The translations under genes were made by a program, and so were the position numbers. From positions 96,001 to 160,000 of the forward strand of contig JAZDKJ010000006.1 of NCBI GenBank assembly GCA_043803105.1: DNA of 64,000 bases, given 5' to 3'. This document shows, piece after piece, positions 21,246-30,350 of this stretch (position 1 is its first letter; each line of letters starts with the position of its first letter). The DNA comes from Candidatus Woesearchaeota archaeon (GTDB taxonomy: Archaea > Nanobdellota > Nanobdellia > Woesearchaeales > JAZDKJ01). The notes beneath the pieces are model-generated. The model worked only from the letters and a program-made list of their open reading frames with translations. It searched no databases and was not told the DNA's origin.

Positions 21246-21320
21246 CTAATATTAGTAACTAATGATAGAACATTTGTCGAAAGATTTAAATACGAACATT
21301 AGTAATTATCATTAGTAATG
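21246..21320 (+). promoter_or_regulatory. Leaderless promoter (BRE CGAAAG, TATA TTTAAATA) with three ATTAGTAA operator-like sites
   Basis: The TATA box at 21285-21292 lies ~25 nt before ATG 21318. Palindromes ATTAGT-A-ACTAAT (21251-21263) and CATTA-G-TAATG (21310-21320) plus CATTAGTAAT (21297-21306). Confidence 0.7.
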
Positions 21321-21518
21321 AAGACTGGCATAAAAATTCAGAAGGATATACTAGAATTGTTGGCTTTGTATGATAGACCTCTCTCAACTAGGGAGCTTGC
21401 GCTTGACCTTGACCATGCCTGGCATTCTATCCAGAATAACTGCCTTCGCCTGCAGATTGCCGGCAAGGTGCGCGGTTTTAGGGTCGGCAACATGAACCTA
21501 TGGGAATTAAAAAAGTAG
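21318..21518 (+). CDS. Small winged-helix DNA-binding protein
   Basis: 66 aa: ILELL...PLSTRELALDLDHAWHSIQNNCLRLQIAGKVRGFRVG, an HTH plus wing. Confidence 0.85.
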   Translation: MKTGIKIQKDILELLALYDRPLSTRELALDLDHAWHSIQNNCLRLQIAGKVRGFRVGNMNLWELKK

Positions 21519-24500
21519 GGAAAGGCCTTGTACTAGGCTGCGCAGCAATACTTGTTATTCTTATAGTCATTGCCCCGGCAGGCAATGATTGTGGAAGCAA
21601 TTCACCTTGCACTTGTGGGGTTGCCTGCCAAGGCCAGCTTGATCCACAATCCAACGGTTACAATACCATCGACTCCTGCATCGATGGTTCTAATCCAAAG
21701 TATGAGTGGGTTCAGGATATCAACGTTACAGATTTTAACAGCTCCCAGTTTCGCACAGGTCATCGGGTTCAGGTAGATGTCTTATTCAAGTGCGACCTTG
21801 GTGAAGGTGATGAGGTCTCCATTAACTACTATAACGGGTCTGTCTGGCGTGTAATCAATAACGGCTCGTGCAACATCAATGCCTATGTTCACTTCAGGAA
21901 AAACATAACTCTCGATAAGGCTGTTGGCGCCCAGGCGTTTAGGGGAGTGATTGCTTGGGGTGGCATCCCGACAGGAATGATATGCGGTCATGATTATGAT
22001 ATCACCTATTCTGATACTGATGATGTCCTCTTGGATGTCTTGAGCAGTTCTGACACGGTTGGCCCGACAGTTAGTCTGATATATCCGCCCAATGCGGCAT
22101 CAGTAGTGTCCCGATACATGGATTTCAATTTCTCTGTTTCAGATAACAGCTCAGTCCTGAACTGCTCTTTGTGGTTCAACTCCACCGCTGGTTTCAAACT
22201 CAATAAGTCGATGACCTCAGGGCTCAACAATCACTCCCAGACCTACCGCTTCCAGGTTAACCTCTCTGACTCCAGTTATAGATGGAACATCCTTTGTTAT
22301 GATGACTGTGGCAACAGTGCCTGGTCTTCCGCAAATCGAACCTTTGGCCTCGATACCCATCGCCCAAAAGTGTATTACCTTCCCTCCACTCCTTCCGCTC
22401 CCTATCTAAACCTTACCTCTCTTGTCATCAATGTCTCTGCATTCGATAAGAATAATGTCAATCTGACCCTTGAGTTTAACGGAACAAACCAGACTGGTGT
22501 TTTTCAAACGTATGACCACAACATTTCCACTGTGGTCAAGACTGGACTTGCTGGTACATACTCATTCAAGATTTTTGCAAGAGACAGGTATAATAACACA
22601 AATCTTACTCCCAAAAGGACAGTGACGCTGGACAATGCGCCGCCTGCCGCATTTGACATAAACAAGCCTGCCAATAACACGCAAGGCACTCAGCCCATAC
22701 ACCTTATCCCCTTCCTGAACTGGTCTTGGTCCTTTGACCAGAATTTCAAGAATTATACCATCGAAGTTTCATCAAACCCTAGCTTTGCTTATAGGAATTA
22801 CACCTATTCTGTTATAGGTCCCTTTTCCCTGTCACATTATCAAGTCAGCCTTACTTGGACCGACCAGACCATTTGGTACTGGAGAGTCTGGGCTTTTGAC
22901 CTTATAGGAAATGCCAGACGCTCCACAAACTACTTTGTTTTCCGTGCGAATACCAGTTATCCGTCCGTGTTCTTGTCTTCACCTTTACACAATCTGTTTT
23001 CCAATGACGAATCTGTCGTTTTTACTTACACGCCTCGCGATTCAGACCTGGACCAATGCATGCTCTGGCACAATATTTCTGGAGAGTTCATGCCGAACGA
23101 GACAAACAGCTCGCCAGTCAGTTTTCAATTAAACCAGTTCAGCCCTCTCTCATTGCCTGAGGGATCCTTCATGTGGAACGTCCTGTGCAATGACTCTACA
23201 GGCTTGCAGTCCTTCGCAAGTTATGAATTCTTGTTCACAATACACCGCACCCCTCCAACTGTGGATTGTGATTCTTACACTCCAGATGAGGGAGAGACAG
23301 TTACGAACAGGACTTTCCATCTCGGCGCAGAAATTATTGAGAATTATCCAGATAGTTTGCTCATGCAGTTTAATGGCTCAAATCAGTCCTTCATGCTAAA
23401 CAGTTCAAATTTCTCGATTAACAAGACAGTCACCTCTGATGGCTCTTACTCCTTGCGGTTCTTTGCAAATGATTCAGCAGGCAACAAGGGTTCCACAGTT
23501 CAAAGGAACTTTGTTGTGGACACCTCTCCTCCAACAATATCCGACATCCAGGTCACTCCGCAGATTGCTTTGCCATCCAAGGTGTTCAACGTCTCCGCAA
23601 CCCTGTCCGATCTGACTGGCGTTCTTTCTGCTCATTGCGTGCTCACGATGCCTAACAGCACTGTCCATAATTACACAATGTACGGAACTTCAAAAAAGTA
23701 TTATGCTTACTCAGGTGCATCTGTAGGAAACTATTCGGTTGTGGTTTGTGCCACCGATAATAATGGTTTTAGCGGATGCAATTCTACTGCTCTCATTTTC
23801 ACTGTTGACAACTCGACCATCTTAATATCGAATATCTCCACAAAACCAAACTCTAGCGATGCTCTCGACCCTAACGTTGTCATCTACATCAACACCACCA
23901 TTCACTCCGCCAGGTCGCTTGCTTCTGTTTTGTTAAAATACAAAGAGCATAACTCTACTGCTTGGTCATCTTCTAAAAGCAAGGAATACATTGCAGACCA
24001 TTTCGTTTTCAATTTCACTCCAACGCGTGGCAATAATTGGACGTACAAGATATGGGCTAACAACACCTTAGGAAAGAATGTTTCTAGCAGTCTTTCAACT
24101 TTGCAGGTTTGGCTTGACCGTACGTGGACTGCGCAAAAATCCGGCTTGACCAGCATTGCTGCGCCCTACGGCGCAACCAATGTGGATTTGGGTATAATCC
24201 TTGTAAATAACACTGGTGATTCGCAATTGACTTTCAATTTGTCCAGGGTGTCTGGTGAAGTCCAGGTCAGCTTTAACCTTACTGACCTTTTTACCATTGC
24301 CTCAAAATCTTCTCAAGCCATAGCTCTTCACGCCTCCGCCCCGGCCCTGGCAGGCTCTTATCCAATCAGGCTGCGCCTGGATGCCCTGAATTCTATGGCA
24401 CAGCCTTCTGAAACAACCCTTAACATTACTCTTATTTCATATTCTTCAGGACCTTATGTACTGGTTTCTATTGCCGATTATTCCAATGCAGTTTCAGTGG

Positions 24501-26071
24501 GAGAAAATGTCCCTCTGCTCAAGGCTAGCGCCCGTAACATCGGAAACTCATCCTGCAATGATGCCTATCTTGTTTGGTCTCTGCCTCCTGATTGGACTTC
24601 TAGGGATTCATTGAATAATTCGCTCGGAGATATTGAGGTTGGTGCAGTTTTATACAGCAATATTTCTGCTGATGTTCCAGAATCTGCAGATACAGGAACA
24701 TTCTCCCTGTTGGCAAGCCTGGATTGCCAGGATGGTTTCCACTTTGAGGATTCGCGTGCAATCACAGTGTCTTCTAGTGCGCCAGAGCCTCCGCAGCAAA
24801 ATCCTGCTTCTTCATCCAGTGGCCGTGGTGGCGGAAGCATTGTGACTAAGACCATCCGTGCAAAACAACCAAACTTGAACCTGACCGCCCCTTCACAGGT
24901 TTATGCAGCCCTTGGGCATTCAGTTAATTTCACAGTGCTTGTTTCTAATGAGGATTTTGGGATAGACAACGCAACCCTTATTCTCACCGGCTATTACCTT
25001 ACGCATACAATAATCGAGCCTGTGCTGCTGCATCAATTGGCTCCGGCTGCCCAAGGCAAGTTCAAAGTTAATCTGTTTGTCCCAGATTACCTTCCGGTAA
25101 AGTCTTATGACCTCAAATTAATAGTTGAGGCAAAACTCGCAGGACAAAATCATTCAAGTCGCTACTCCAAGGACCTGATTTTGGTTGTAGCGGCTTCTAG
25201 CATGCAGGATGTGGCAAACTCTCTTATGGACGCACAAGATGATCTTTCCTCCCTGTCCAGTTTGGGCATGGACACAACTATTCCAAGAGCATGGCTAAAC
25301 CAGGCAATGTTAAGCTTCAATGAGTCAGATTACAGTTCTGCATCCGAGTTTGCATCGAAAATACATGACCTGCTTGCCAAAGCTAAACAATTTACAGCTT
25401 TGATTGCTGAAGTGCGGTTGCAGCTTGCAGAATCTGCTTCCAAAGGAATAAATCTTTCCCTATCAAATGATTTGATATCAATTGCAGAGCGTGAATTCAG
25501 GTCAGGTAGGGTTGATGATGCACTGCAGACCCTATCCAAAGCCTCTTTTGCAGAGCGTCTGCAGGTTAAGACTGAGCAAGCCAAGCTTGTTAGGAGCCTG
25601 GTCTGGTTTTTGCATGATAACCTTCTTGCACTATCAGTTGTATCTCTCATTGCAGCTGCAGCTTTCCTTCTCTCCTATAGTAAGCTTCATTCAGTTTTTA
25701 TCGCTAAAGGTTTACTGTTAATTAACAAGGGTGAACTTAAAGCCTACGAGGAATTAAGAAAGCTCCAACGGCAGTATTTTGTCGAAAAGATAATCAGCGC
25801 CAGGTTATACGCTAAAAACGTTCAGCGACTGCAGGAAAGGATTGCCAAGCTAAACTACAGGCGCTTCAATCTTACCTCTAAAAGAAAGTATGGCTTCAAA
25901 GATAAGCTGGCAGTTCAGGATGAGATCCAGCAGCTTAACCTGATGCAAAAGGAACTCGCAAACAAGTATTATGTGCTCAAGACCCTTGATAAAGCCTCTT
26001 TCATGCAATTGAAGGTCTTGTGCGAAAATCGTCGTGCAATCCTCGAGGGAGAACTGGTCAAACATGTTTAG
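21500..26071 (+). CDS. Large membrane-anchored surface protein (1523 aa): Cys-rich N-terminus, Ig repeats, helical stalk, TM, cytoplasmic SHOCT-like tail
   Basis: Signal peptide, Ig repeats of the same type as the giants and an SSSSGRGGG linker. A helical region precedes the TM LLALSVVSLIAAAAFLLSY, followed by tails LQRQYFVEKII and LANKYYVLKTL. Confidence 0.88.
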   Translation: MGIKKVGKGLVLGCAAILVILIVIAPAGNDCGSNSPCTCGVACQGQLDPQSNGYNTIDSCIDGSNPKYEWVQDINVTDFNSSQFRTGHRVQVDVLFKCDLGEGDEVSINYYNGSVWRVINNGSCNINAYVHFRKNITLDKAVGAQAFRGVIAWGGIPTGMICGHDYDITYSDTDDVLLDVLSSSDTVGPTVSLIYPPNAASVVSRYMDFNFSVSDNSSVLNCSLWFNSTAGFKLNKSMTSGLNNHSQTYRFQVNLSDSSYRWNILCYDDCGNSAWSSANRTFGLDTHRPKVYYLPSTPSAPYLNLTSLVINVSAFDKNNVNLTLEFNGTNQTGVFQTYDHNISTVVKTGLAGTYSFKIFARDRYNNTNLTPKRTVTLDNAPPAAFDINKPANNTQGTQPIHLIPFLNWSWSFDQNFKNYTIEVSSNPSFAYRNYTYSVIGPFSLSHYQVSLTWTDQTIWYWRVWAFDLIGNARRSTNYFVFRANTSYPSVFLSSPLHNLFSNDESVVFTYTPRDSDLDQCMLWHNISGEFMPNETNSSPVSFQLNQFSPLSLPEGSFMWNVLCNDSTGLQSFASYEFLFTIHRTPPTVDCDSYTPDEGETVTNRTFHLGAEIIENYPDSLLMQFNGSNQSFMLNSSNFSINKTVTSDGSYSLRFFANDSAGNKGSTVQRNFVVDTSPPTISDIQVTPQIALPSKVFNVSATLSDLTGVLSAHCVLTMPNSTVHNYTMYGTSKKYYAYSGASVGNYSVVVCATDNNGFSGCNSTALIFTVDNSTILISNISTKPNSSDALDPNVVIYINTTIHSARSLASVLLKYKEHNSTAWSSSKSKEYIADHFVFNFTPTRGNNWTYKIWANNTLGKNVSSSLSTLQVWLDRTWTAQKSGLTSIAAPYGATNVDLGIILVNNTGDSQLTFNLSRVSGEVQVSFNLTDLFTIASKSSQAIALHASAPALAGSYPIRLRLDALNSMAQPSETTLNITLISYSSGPYVLVSIADYSNAVSVGENVPLLKASARNIGNSSCNDAYLVWSLPPDWTSRDSLNNSLGDIEVGAVLYSNISADVPESADTGTFSLLASLDCQDGFHFEDSRAITVSSSAPEPPQQNPASSSSGRGGGSIVTKTIRAKQPNLNLTAPSQVYAALGHSVNFTVLVSNEDFGIDNATLILTGYYLTHTIIEPVLLHQLAPAAQGKFKVNLFVPDYLPVKSYDLKLIVEAKLAGQNHSSRYSKDLILVVAASSMQDVANSLMDAQDDLSSLSSLGMDTTIPRAWLNQAMLSFNESDYSSASEFASKIHDLLAKAKQFTALIAEVRLQLAESASKGINLSLSNDLISIAEREFRSGRVDDALQTLSKASFAERLQVKTEQAKLVRSLVWFLHDNLLALSVVSLIAAAAFLLSYSKLHSVFIAKGLLLINKGELKAYEELRKLQRQYFVEKIISARLYAKNVQRLQERIAKLNYRRFNLTSKRKYGFKDKLAVQDEIQQLNLMQKELANKYYVLKTLDKASFMQLKVLCENRRAILEGELVKHV

Positions 26072-27449
26072 CAAGTTGATCTTTGCAACCTTGTTTTTAT
26101 TAGTTTTATCCACGATCACCTTTGCTGCCGACAATTCGGCTTATTCCCTTCTGCACAAGGCTGAGTCTGCTGTCAAAATGGTTGAAGCAAACAACATCAG
26201 TTCTGCACGATTGACAGACCAACTTTCCGAAGCAAAATCCCTGTTGGCTCTTGGTGAATTTAATGAGTCAATCAAGGCCAGTAATATGACTATTGTGCTA
26301 GTTAATCTTGTTATCAATATCTCTTCCGAATCCAATCTCTCTCATGAACTCTTGTCCATCTGCGAAAATCTGCAATTCAATGTGACTTCAGAACAACACA
26401 TGTTGGACCTGGCACAGTCTGAATTCTCATCAAACCTCTTCGAGTCAGCAAGAAGGCGTATAGCAGATGCAAAGCAGTCATTAGAGTCAATACTTGAAGT
26501 ATTCAATGCGCAGCAATGCCTAATCTTAAAGAACCTATTGGACCAGGCAGCTTCACTGAACCTGACTTCGCAACATCTTCAAGTGCTTGCTTTTTCTTGT
26601 GCTGCAGGCTACCCCCCTCTTGAAGCTCCTCAGCTCATGAGCGAGGTTACATCACTTAACCTCTCGCTCCGCTGCCTTGGTGAAGTGCAAACGACAATTG
26701 ATATCCTTCAATCTCTGATGGCAACCCCTGCCTTCTCTGGTTTGTACCAGGAGGAACTTGCCCTGGTCAGGTCTGGGCAATTTGATTCTCTTGGTTCATT
26801 GTGCTCACAGCAGGCAATCCTTAAAGAGCAGGCTATCCAGGCATATCAGAGCCTTCAAATGCTGAATCTTCAAATAAATCAGAGCAAGCTTCCTGACTTG
26901 CAGTCTCCCAGGCAAATAGCAGCTACAGCAGAAGAAGAGCTGGCCACGAATCGCTTTGACTCTGCATTTCTCCTTGCAAAGCAAGGTTTGGCAGAGCTCG
27001 ATAGATTAGCAGCGGAAAGGTCGCTCTATGCTGTGGTCTTCAATAGCAAGGTTTCTTTTCATTTGTTTGTGTTCTTAGTCAATTATTGGTTATTGCTTTT
27101 GATCTCAGCATTGCTTCTCTCTGTTTTCAGCTTTGTTTCTTACAGAAGTTTTTCGCGATGGCATACGACAAGTTCAATCAGAAATCTTTCCAGGAATGAG
27201 ACAATAATCCGTAAGCAGATGCAAGATGTGCAAAAAGACTATTTCATTTTCAAAAAGCTCATGAAAGAAGACTATGAATCAAGGATGGATGCTCTTGAGG
27301 CAAACCTCGCAAGAGTCAGGGAAAAGCTTTCATTGTTTGAATTCAAGAAATCCAAGGTACGTGTACCGTGGCTCCGGCCGAAAGTTATCAAAATGTTAAA
27401 ATACTTCCTGGCAAAGCTTATTGAATACGAAGAGGCTCGCAAGCGGTGA
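26064..27449 (+). CDS. Secreted helical-repeat protein with a C-terminal TM and SHOCT-like tail
   Basis: Start ATG 26064 (MFSKLIFATLFLLVLSTITFA signal peptide). All-helical ectodomain, TM YWLLLLISALLLSVFSFV and tail VQKDYFIFKKLMKEDYE. Confidence 0.85.
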   Translation: MFSKLIFATLFLLVLSTITFAADNSAYSLLHKAESAVKMVEANNISSARLTDQLSEAKSLLALGEFNESIKASNMTIVLVNLVINISSESNLSHELLSICENLQFNVTSEQHMLDLAQSEFSSNLFESARRRIADAKQSLESILEVFNAQQCLILKNLLDQAASLNLTSQHLQVLAFSCAAGYPPLEAPQLMSEVTSLNLSLRCLGEVQTTIDILQSLMATPAFSGLYQEELALVRSGQFDSLGSLCSQQAILKEQAIQAYQSLQMLNLQINQSKLPDLQSPRQIAATAEEELATNRFDSAFLLAKQGLAELDRLAAERSLYAVVFNSKVSFHLFVFLVNYWLLLLISALLLSVFSFVSYRSFSRWHTTSSIRNLSRNETIIRKQMQDVQKDYFIFKKLMKEDYESRMDALEANLARVREKLSLFEFKKSKVRVPWLRPKVIKMLKYFLAKLIEYEEARKR

Positions 27450-27455
27450 AATTTA

Positions 27456-27965
27456 ATGTTTGATACAGAGGTGGAGAAAAATCAAGTAATCTTATGCGTG
27501 AGTTCTGAAGGCAGTTTTTATGTCTCCAGGTCAGAGATATTAAAGGCTTTGAAGCTGACAGGCAACAACATCTGTTATGTTGGTTTCTCAAAGCCATACC
27601 AGGCGTTAAAGAACGAGTTAACGGAGTTTCCCAGCATATTTTACATTGACACCTTGACAATGTCAGTTCAAATGCCCCCTCATGTGGATGACTGTTTCTT
27701 TGTCCAGGCTCCAAATGCTTTGACTGACCTCTCTGTTGCCATCTCCAAGGTTATGTCCGAGAAAGGACCTTCAAACATATTTTTTGACTCCCTTTCAAGT
27801 CTTCTGCTCTATCAGGATAGCCATACTCTGATCAAGTTCCTTCATAACCTTATCAACAAGGTTAGGGTGCTTAACGTGAAAATAGTATTTGTTGTCTTGC
27901 AGAAAGACGCCAAATCTGACCTCGTGAAAGACCTGTGCATGTTTGTTGATATTGTAGTCAACTGA
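27456..27965 (+). CDS. Degenerate (no Walker A) KaiC/RecA-fold protein
   Basis: ICYVGFSKPY, FYIDTLT and IFFDSLSSLLLYQD match the inactive KaiC-like pattern. There is no GxxxxGKT. Confidence 0.8.
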   Translation: MFDTEVEKNQVILCVSSEGSFYVSRSEILKALKLTGNNICYVGFSKPYQALKNELTEFPSIFYIDTLTMSVQMPPHVDDCFFVQAPNALTDLSVAISKVMSEKGPSNIFFDSLSSLLLYQDSHTLIKFLHNLINKVRVLNVKIVFVVLQKDAKSDLVKDLCMFVDIVVN

Positions 27966-27990
27966 TTCTCCCTTCCCTTATTGCCTGGTT

Positions 27991-28074
27991 TCCTGGATAA
28001 AAATCAAACTTTTTTTTCCTTTTTCCTGGTTTATTTACCTAAAAATTAGGATATTTATCCGAAAAATTTATAAA
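27991..28074 (+). promoter_or_regulatory. Promoter (CGAAAAATTTATAAA) with GGATA/TATCC operator-like motifs
   Basis: BRE/TATA at 28060-28074. Palindrome GGATA-TT-TATCC at 28049-28060 and CCTGGATAAAAATCAAA at 27992-28008. Confidence 0.6.
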
Positions 28075-28090
28075 GGTTTAAAAAGTTATC

Positions 28091-28399
28091 ATGTATATGG
28101 CCTCCATACTGAGCTCAAGGGTCAAAGATGATGGAAAAGTGGTTTTTGAAGTCATCGTAGATTATGATGAGGCCATCCAGCTTCAGGGCCACCTTGACAA
28201 CATCCATCTTTTTTCAGAGAATGTGATCAACGTAACTGCAAATCTTTCCCAAAGGGGCAAGAATGAGGCTACAAAGTACTTCCTTGTTCCTCGGGAGCTA
28301 CGGAAGAACCTTAAGATGTCAAGCGAAGTCACCTGCCAAAGGATTGAGACAAAATCAAGGATCTTTTTTGTGTATGTTATGGATAAGCTGAGGCCTTAA
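28091..28399 (+). CDS. Small beta-rich protein, probably an AbrB/SpoVT-like DNA-binding fold
   Basis: The C-terminal half SQRGKNEATKYFLVPRELRKNL resembles the AbrB 'IPKxxR' motif. The start could be ATG 28097. Confidence 0.55.
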   Translation: MYMASILSSRVKDDGKVVFEVIVDYDEAIQLQGHLDNIHLFSENVINVTANLSQRGKNEATKYFLVPRELRKNLKMSSEVTCQRIETKSRIFFVYVMDKLRP

Positions 28400-28400
28400 G

Positions 28401-29099
28401 ATGGAGAAGGTGCGAACAGAGATTCCCGGATTTGACCGCCTGTTGAAGGGAGGTTTTCCAAAGGGTTCGGTCATTTTATTGAGCGGCTCCCCCGCTACTG
28501 GCAAGACAATTCTCTCGCTGCAGTTTCTTGTGAACGGTGCAATAAATGATGAAAAGTGCCTCTTCATCACGTTTGAAGAGAAGATAGGAATGATTATTGA
28601 GCAGGCTAGCCAGTTTGGCTGGGACCTCCCAAAGCTTCAGAAAAAGAACACCCTATTCCTGCAGCATATTCCTTCTGAGGAGATTGACCACAGGACAGTC
28701 GAACGCATCATCGATTCTGTTAAGCGCTTGAACATCTCTCGGCTTGTTATAGACAGTATTAACATTCTTGCGTTAAACATCCCAGACCTTGCAAGCGACT
28801 ACAAGAATATTGGCAAGTATTCTGTAAAGCGTTTTATTTATAGGTTCATCAACTCTCTCAGGGGTCTGAAGGGCGTTACCACTATGCTGATTTCTCAGAC
28901 TGTGAATGAGGGCGCACTCTCTTCAGATGAGGTTTCTGAGTTCCTTTGTGACGGGATAATCCATCTTTCGTACGAGAGCATGGGCGGCAAGTATTCTCGG
29001 AGCCTACTTGTGAGAAAGATGCGCCAGGTAGAGAATGATGAAGACATCCATCCCTTGGAGATATCAAAGAAGGGCCTTGTCGTGCACACGATAAGATAA
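28401..29099 (+). CDS. KaiC-like single-domain ATPase
   Basis: TEIPGFDRLLKGG, Walker A GSPATGKT, TFEE, LVIDSI, EFLCDGII, VRKMR. Confidence 0.93.
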   Translation: MEKVRTEIPGFDRLLKGGFPKGSVILLSGSPATGKTILSLQFLVNGAINDEKCLFITFEEKIGMIIEQASQFGWDLPKLQKKNTLFLQHIPSEEIDHRTVERIIDSVKRLNISRLVIDSINILALNIPDLASDYKNIGKYSVKRFIYRFINSLRGLKGVTTMLISQTVNEGALSSDEVSEFLCDGIIHLSYESMGGKYSRSLLVRKMRQVENDEDIHPLEISKKGLVVHTIR

Positions 29100-29101
29100 C
29101 T

Positions 29102-29740
29102 ATGGCAACCCCAAGTATCCTGGAAAAGATAATTCGTTTTCAAGCCTTCAAGTGGAAGGACGGTAAGATCATTCTATGGAATGTTCCTGGTTATCTAAGC
29201 CCCCTCTTCTCCGTTGTTTATCAGCAAAGATTGTTGGAGAAGCTGCATGGCCATAATGAGGCTGCCGAGTTCTTTTACAATGTTGGCAAGTTCCAGGGCC
29301 AGCAAACCTTTCGCGTGATAGCCCGAAACTATGGATACAACAACCTAATCAAGGACAAGAAGAGGCTGCTCGAGTTTCAAACAGGTCAAAGTGCTCTTGT
29401 TGGCGTTGGAGAATACACCTGGGTAAAGTTTGACATGGACAACAAGAAGTTTGTTGTGAGGGGTAGGTCCTCATTTGCAGACGAGTACGTGGCGCTATTC
29501 GGGATTCAAAAAAAACCTGTCTGCCATCTTGTGCGAGGTCTTTGTGCTGGCTTCATTGAAGAGCTTATCAAAGAGCCGTGCCTGTCGATTGAGACGTCAT
29601 GCATTGCATCCTCTAACCCTGTCTGTGAGTTTGTTGTCCGGCCATTGAAGGCCTGGGATAAAACTGATCCTTTGGTAAAATCGCAGTGGGTTCGAAAAAT
29701 CCATGACCTGCGATCCTTGGGAAGCCTGAAATCTCCTTGA
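29102..29740 (+). CDS. V4R (4-vinyl reductase) domain ligand-binding protein
   Basis: FYNVGKFQG...PVCHLVRGLCAGFI...ETSCIASSNPVCEFVV is the V4R Cys motif. Confidence 0.88.
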   Translation: MATPSILEKIIRFQAFKWKDGKIILWNVPGYLSPLFSVVYQQRLLEKLHGHNEAAEFFYNVGKFQGQQTFRVIARNYGYNNLIKDKKRLLEFQTGQSALVGVGEYTWVKFDMDNKKFVVRGRSSFADEYVALFGIQKKPVCHLVRGLCAGFIEELIKEPCLSIETSCIASSNPVCEFVVRPLKAWDKTDPLVKSQWVRKIHDLRSLGSLKSP

Positions 29741-30350
29741 ATGCTCCTTCTTCGATGATGATGTTATCGCTCCTCTCAAACAAAAGCTTATCGTATGGGT
29801 GCGCAAAACCATTCATTTCTATATGCATCGGCACTGCGCCGTTGTGCATCGGTCCGTAGTACTTTTGTTCTCCTATGACTTTTACCCCAAGTTTTTCGTA
29901 TTCCACCACTCTGGCAGGCGGCACTGTGCAGACAAAGTCAGTAAGCCCGATTTTTCTCGAATACTGGCACATTGCCTTCAGCAGCCCAAAGGTTGCCCTT
30001 GGATGGTTCGGGAGCGTTGCGCGCCTCGTTATTTCCCCTAGCCTTTTCCCCTGCATTCTTATATCCGAGATGTCATACAGCTCTTCTATCGGCAGTCCAA
30101 ACTCGCTGTCTGGGATGATGCGTATGGTTCCCACAACCTGCCCGTCCGCCTTGTTTCTTGCATATATGTTTATTGAGAAGTTGTCGTACATATCGCTCAT
30201 AAGTTGTCCTGGAAAATCCTCGGCTACTATGAATTTTGAATCAAGGTACACAGAATATCTGAGCTTGAACACCTCTCTTTGTTCCTCTTCAGTGCATGCT
30301 ATTCTGAATTCCAGACCCATTGTACAGAAATGAATTGCGCTCTCCGTCAC
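29613..30350 (-). CDS. GNAT-fold acyltransferase of the LuxI / N-acyl amino acid synthase (FeeM)-like group
   Basis: VFKLRYSVY...SDMYD...VVGTIRII...GLPIE...GEITR...YEKLG. GTGA overlap with the radical SAM stop; alternative start ATG 30320. Confidence 0.8.
   Translation of the reverse strand: MTESAIHFCTMGLEFRIACTEEEQREVFKLRYSVYLDSKFIVAEDFPGQLMSDMYDNFSINIYARNKADGQVVGTIRIIPDSEFGLPIEELYDISDIRMQGKRLGEITRRATLPNHPRATFGLLKAMCQYSRKIGLTDFVCTVPPARVVEYEKLGVKVIGEQKYYGPMHNGAVPMHIEMNGFAHPYDKLLFERSDNIIIEEGAFKEISGFPRIAGHGFFEPTAILPKDQFYPRPSMAGQQTHRQG

Noticed and set aside
20448-29099. Circadian clock (kaiABC)
   Set aside because: The ATPases are single-domain, and no KaiA or KaiB homologs were recognised.
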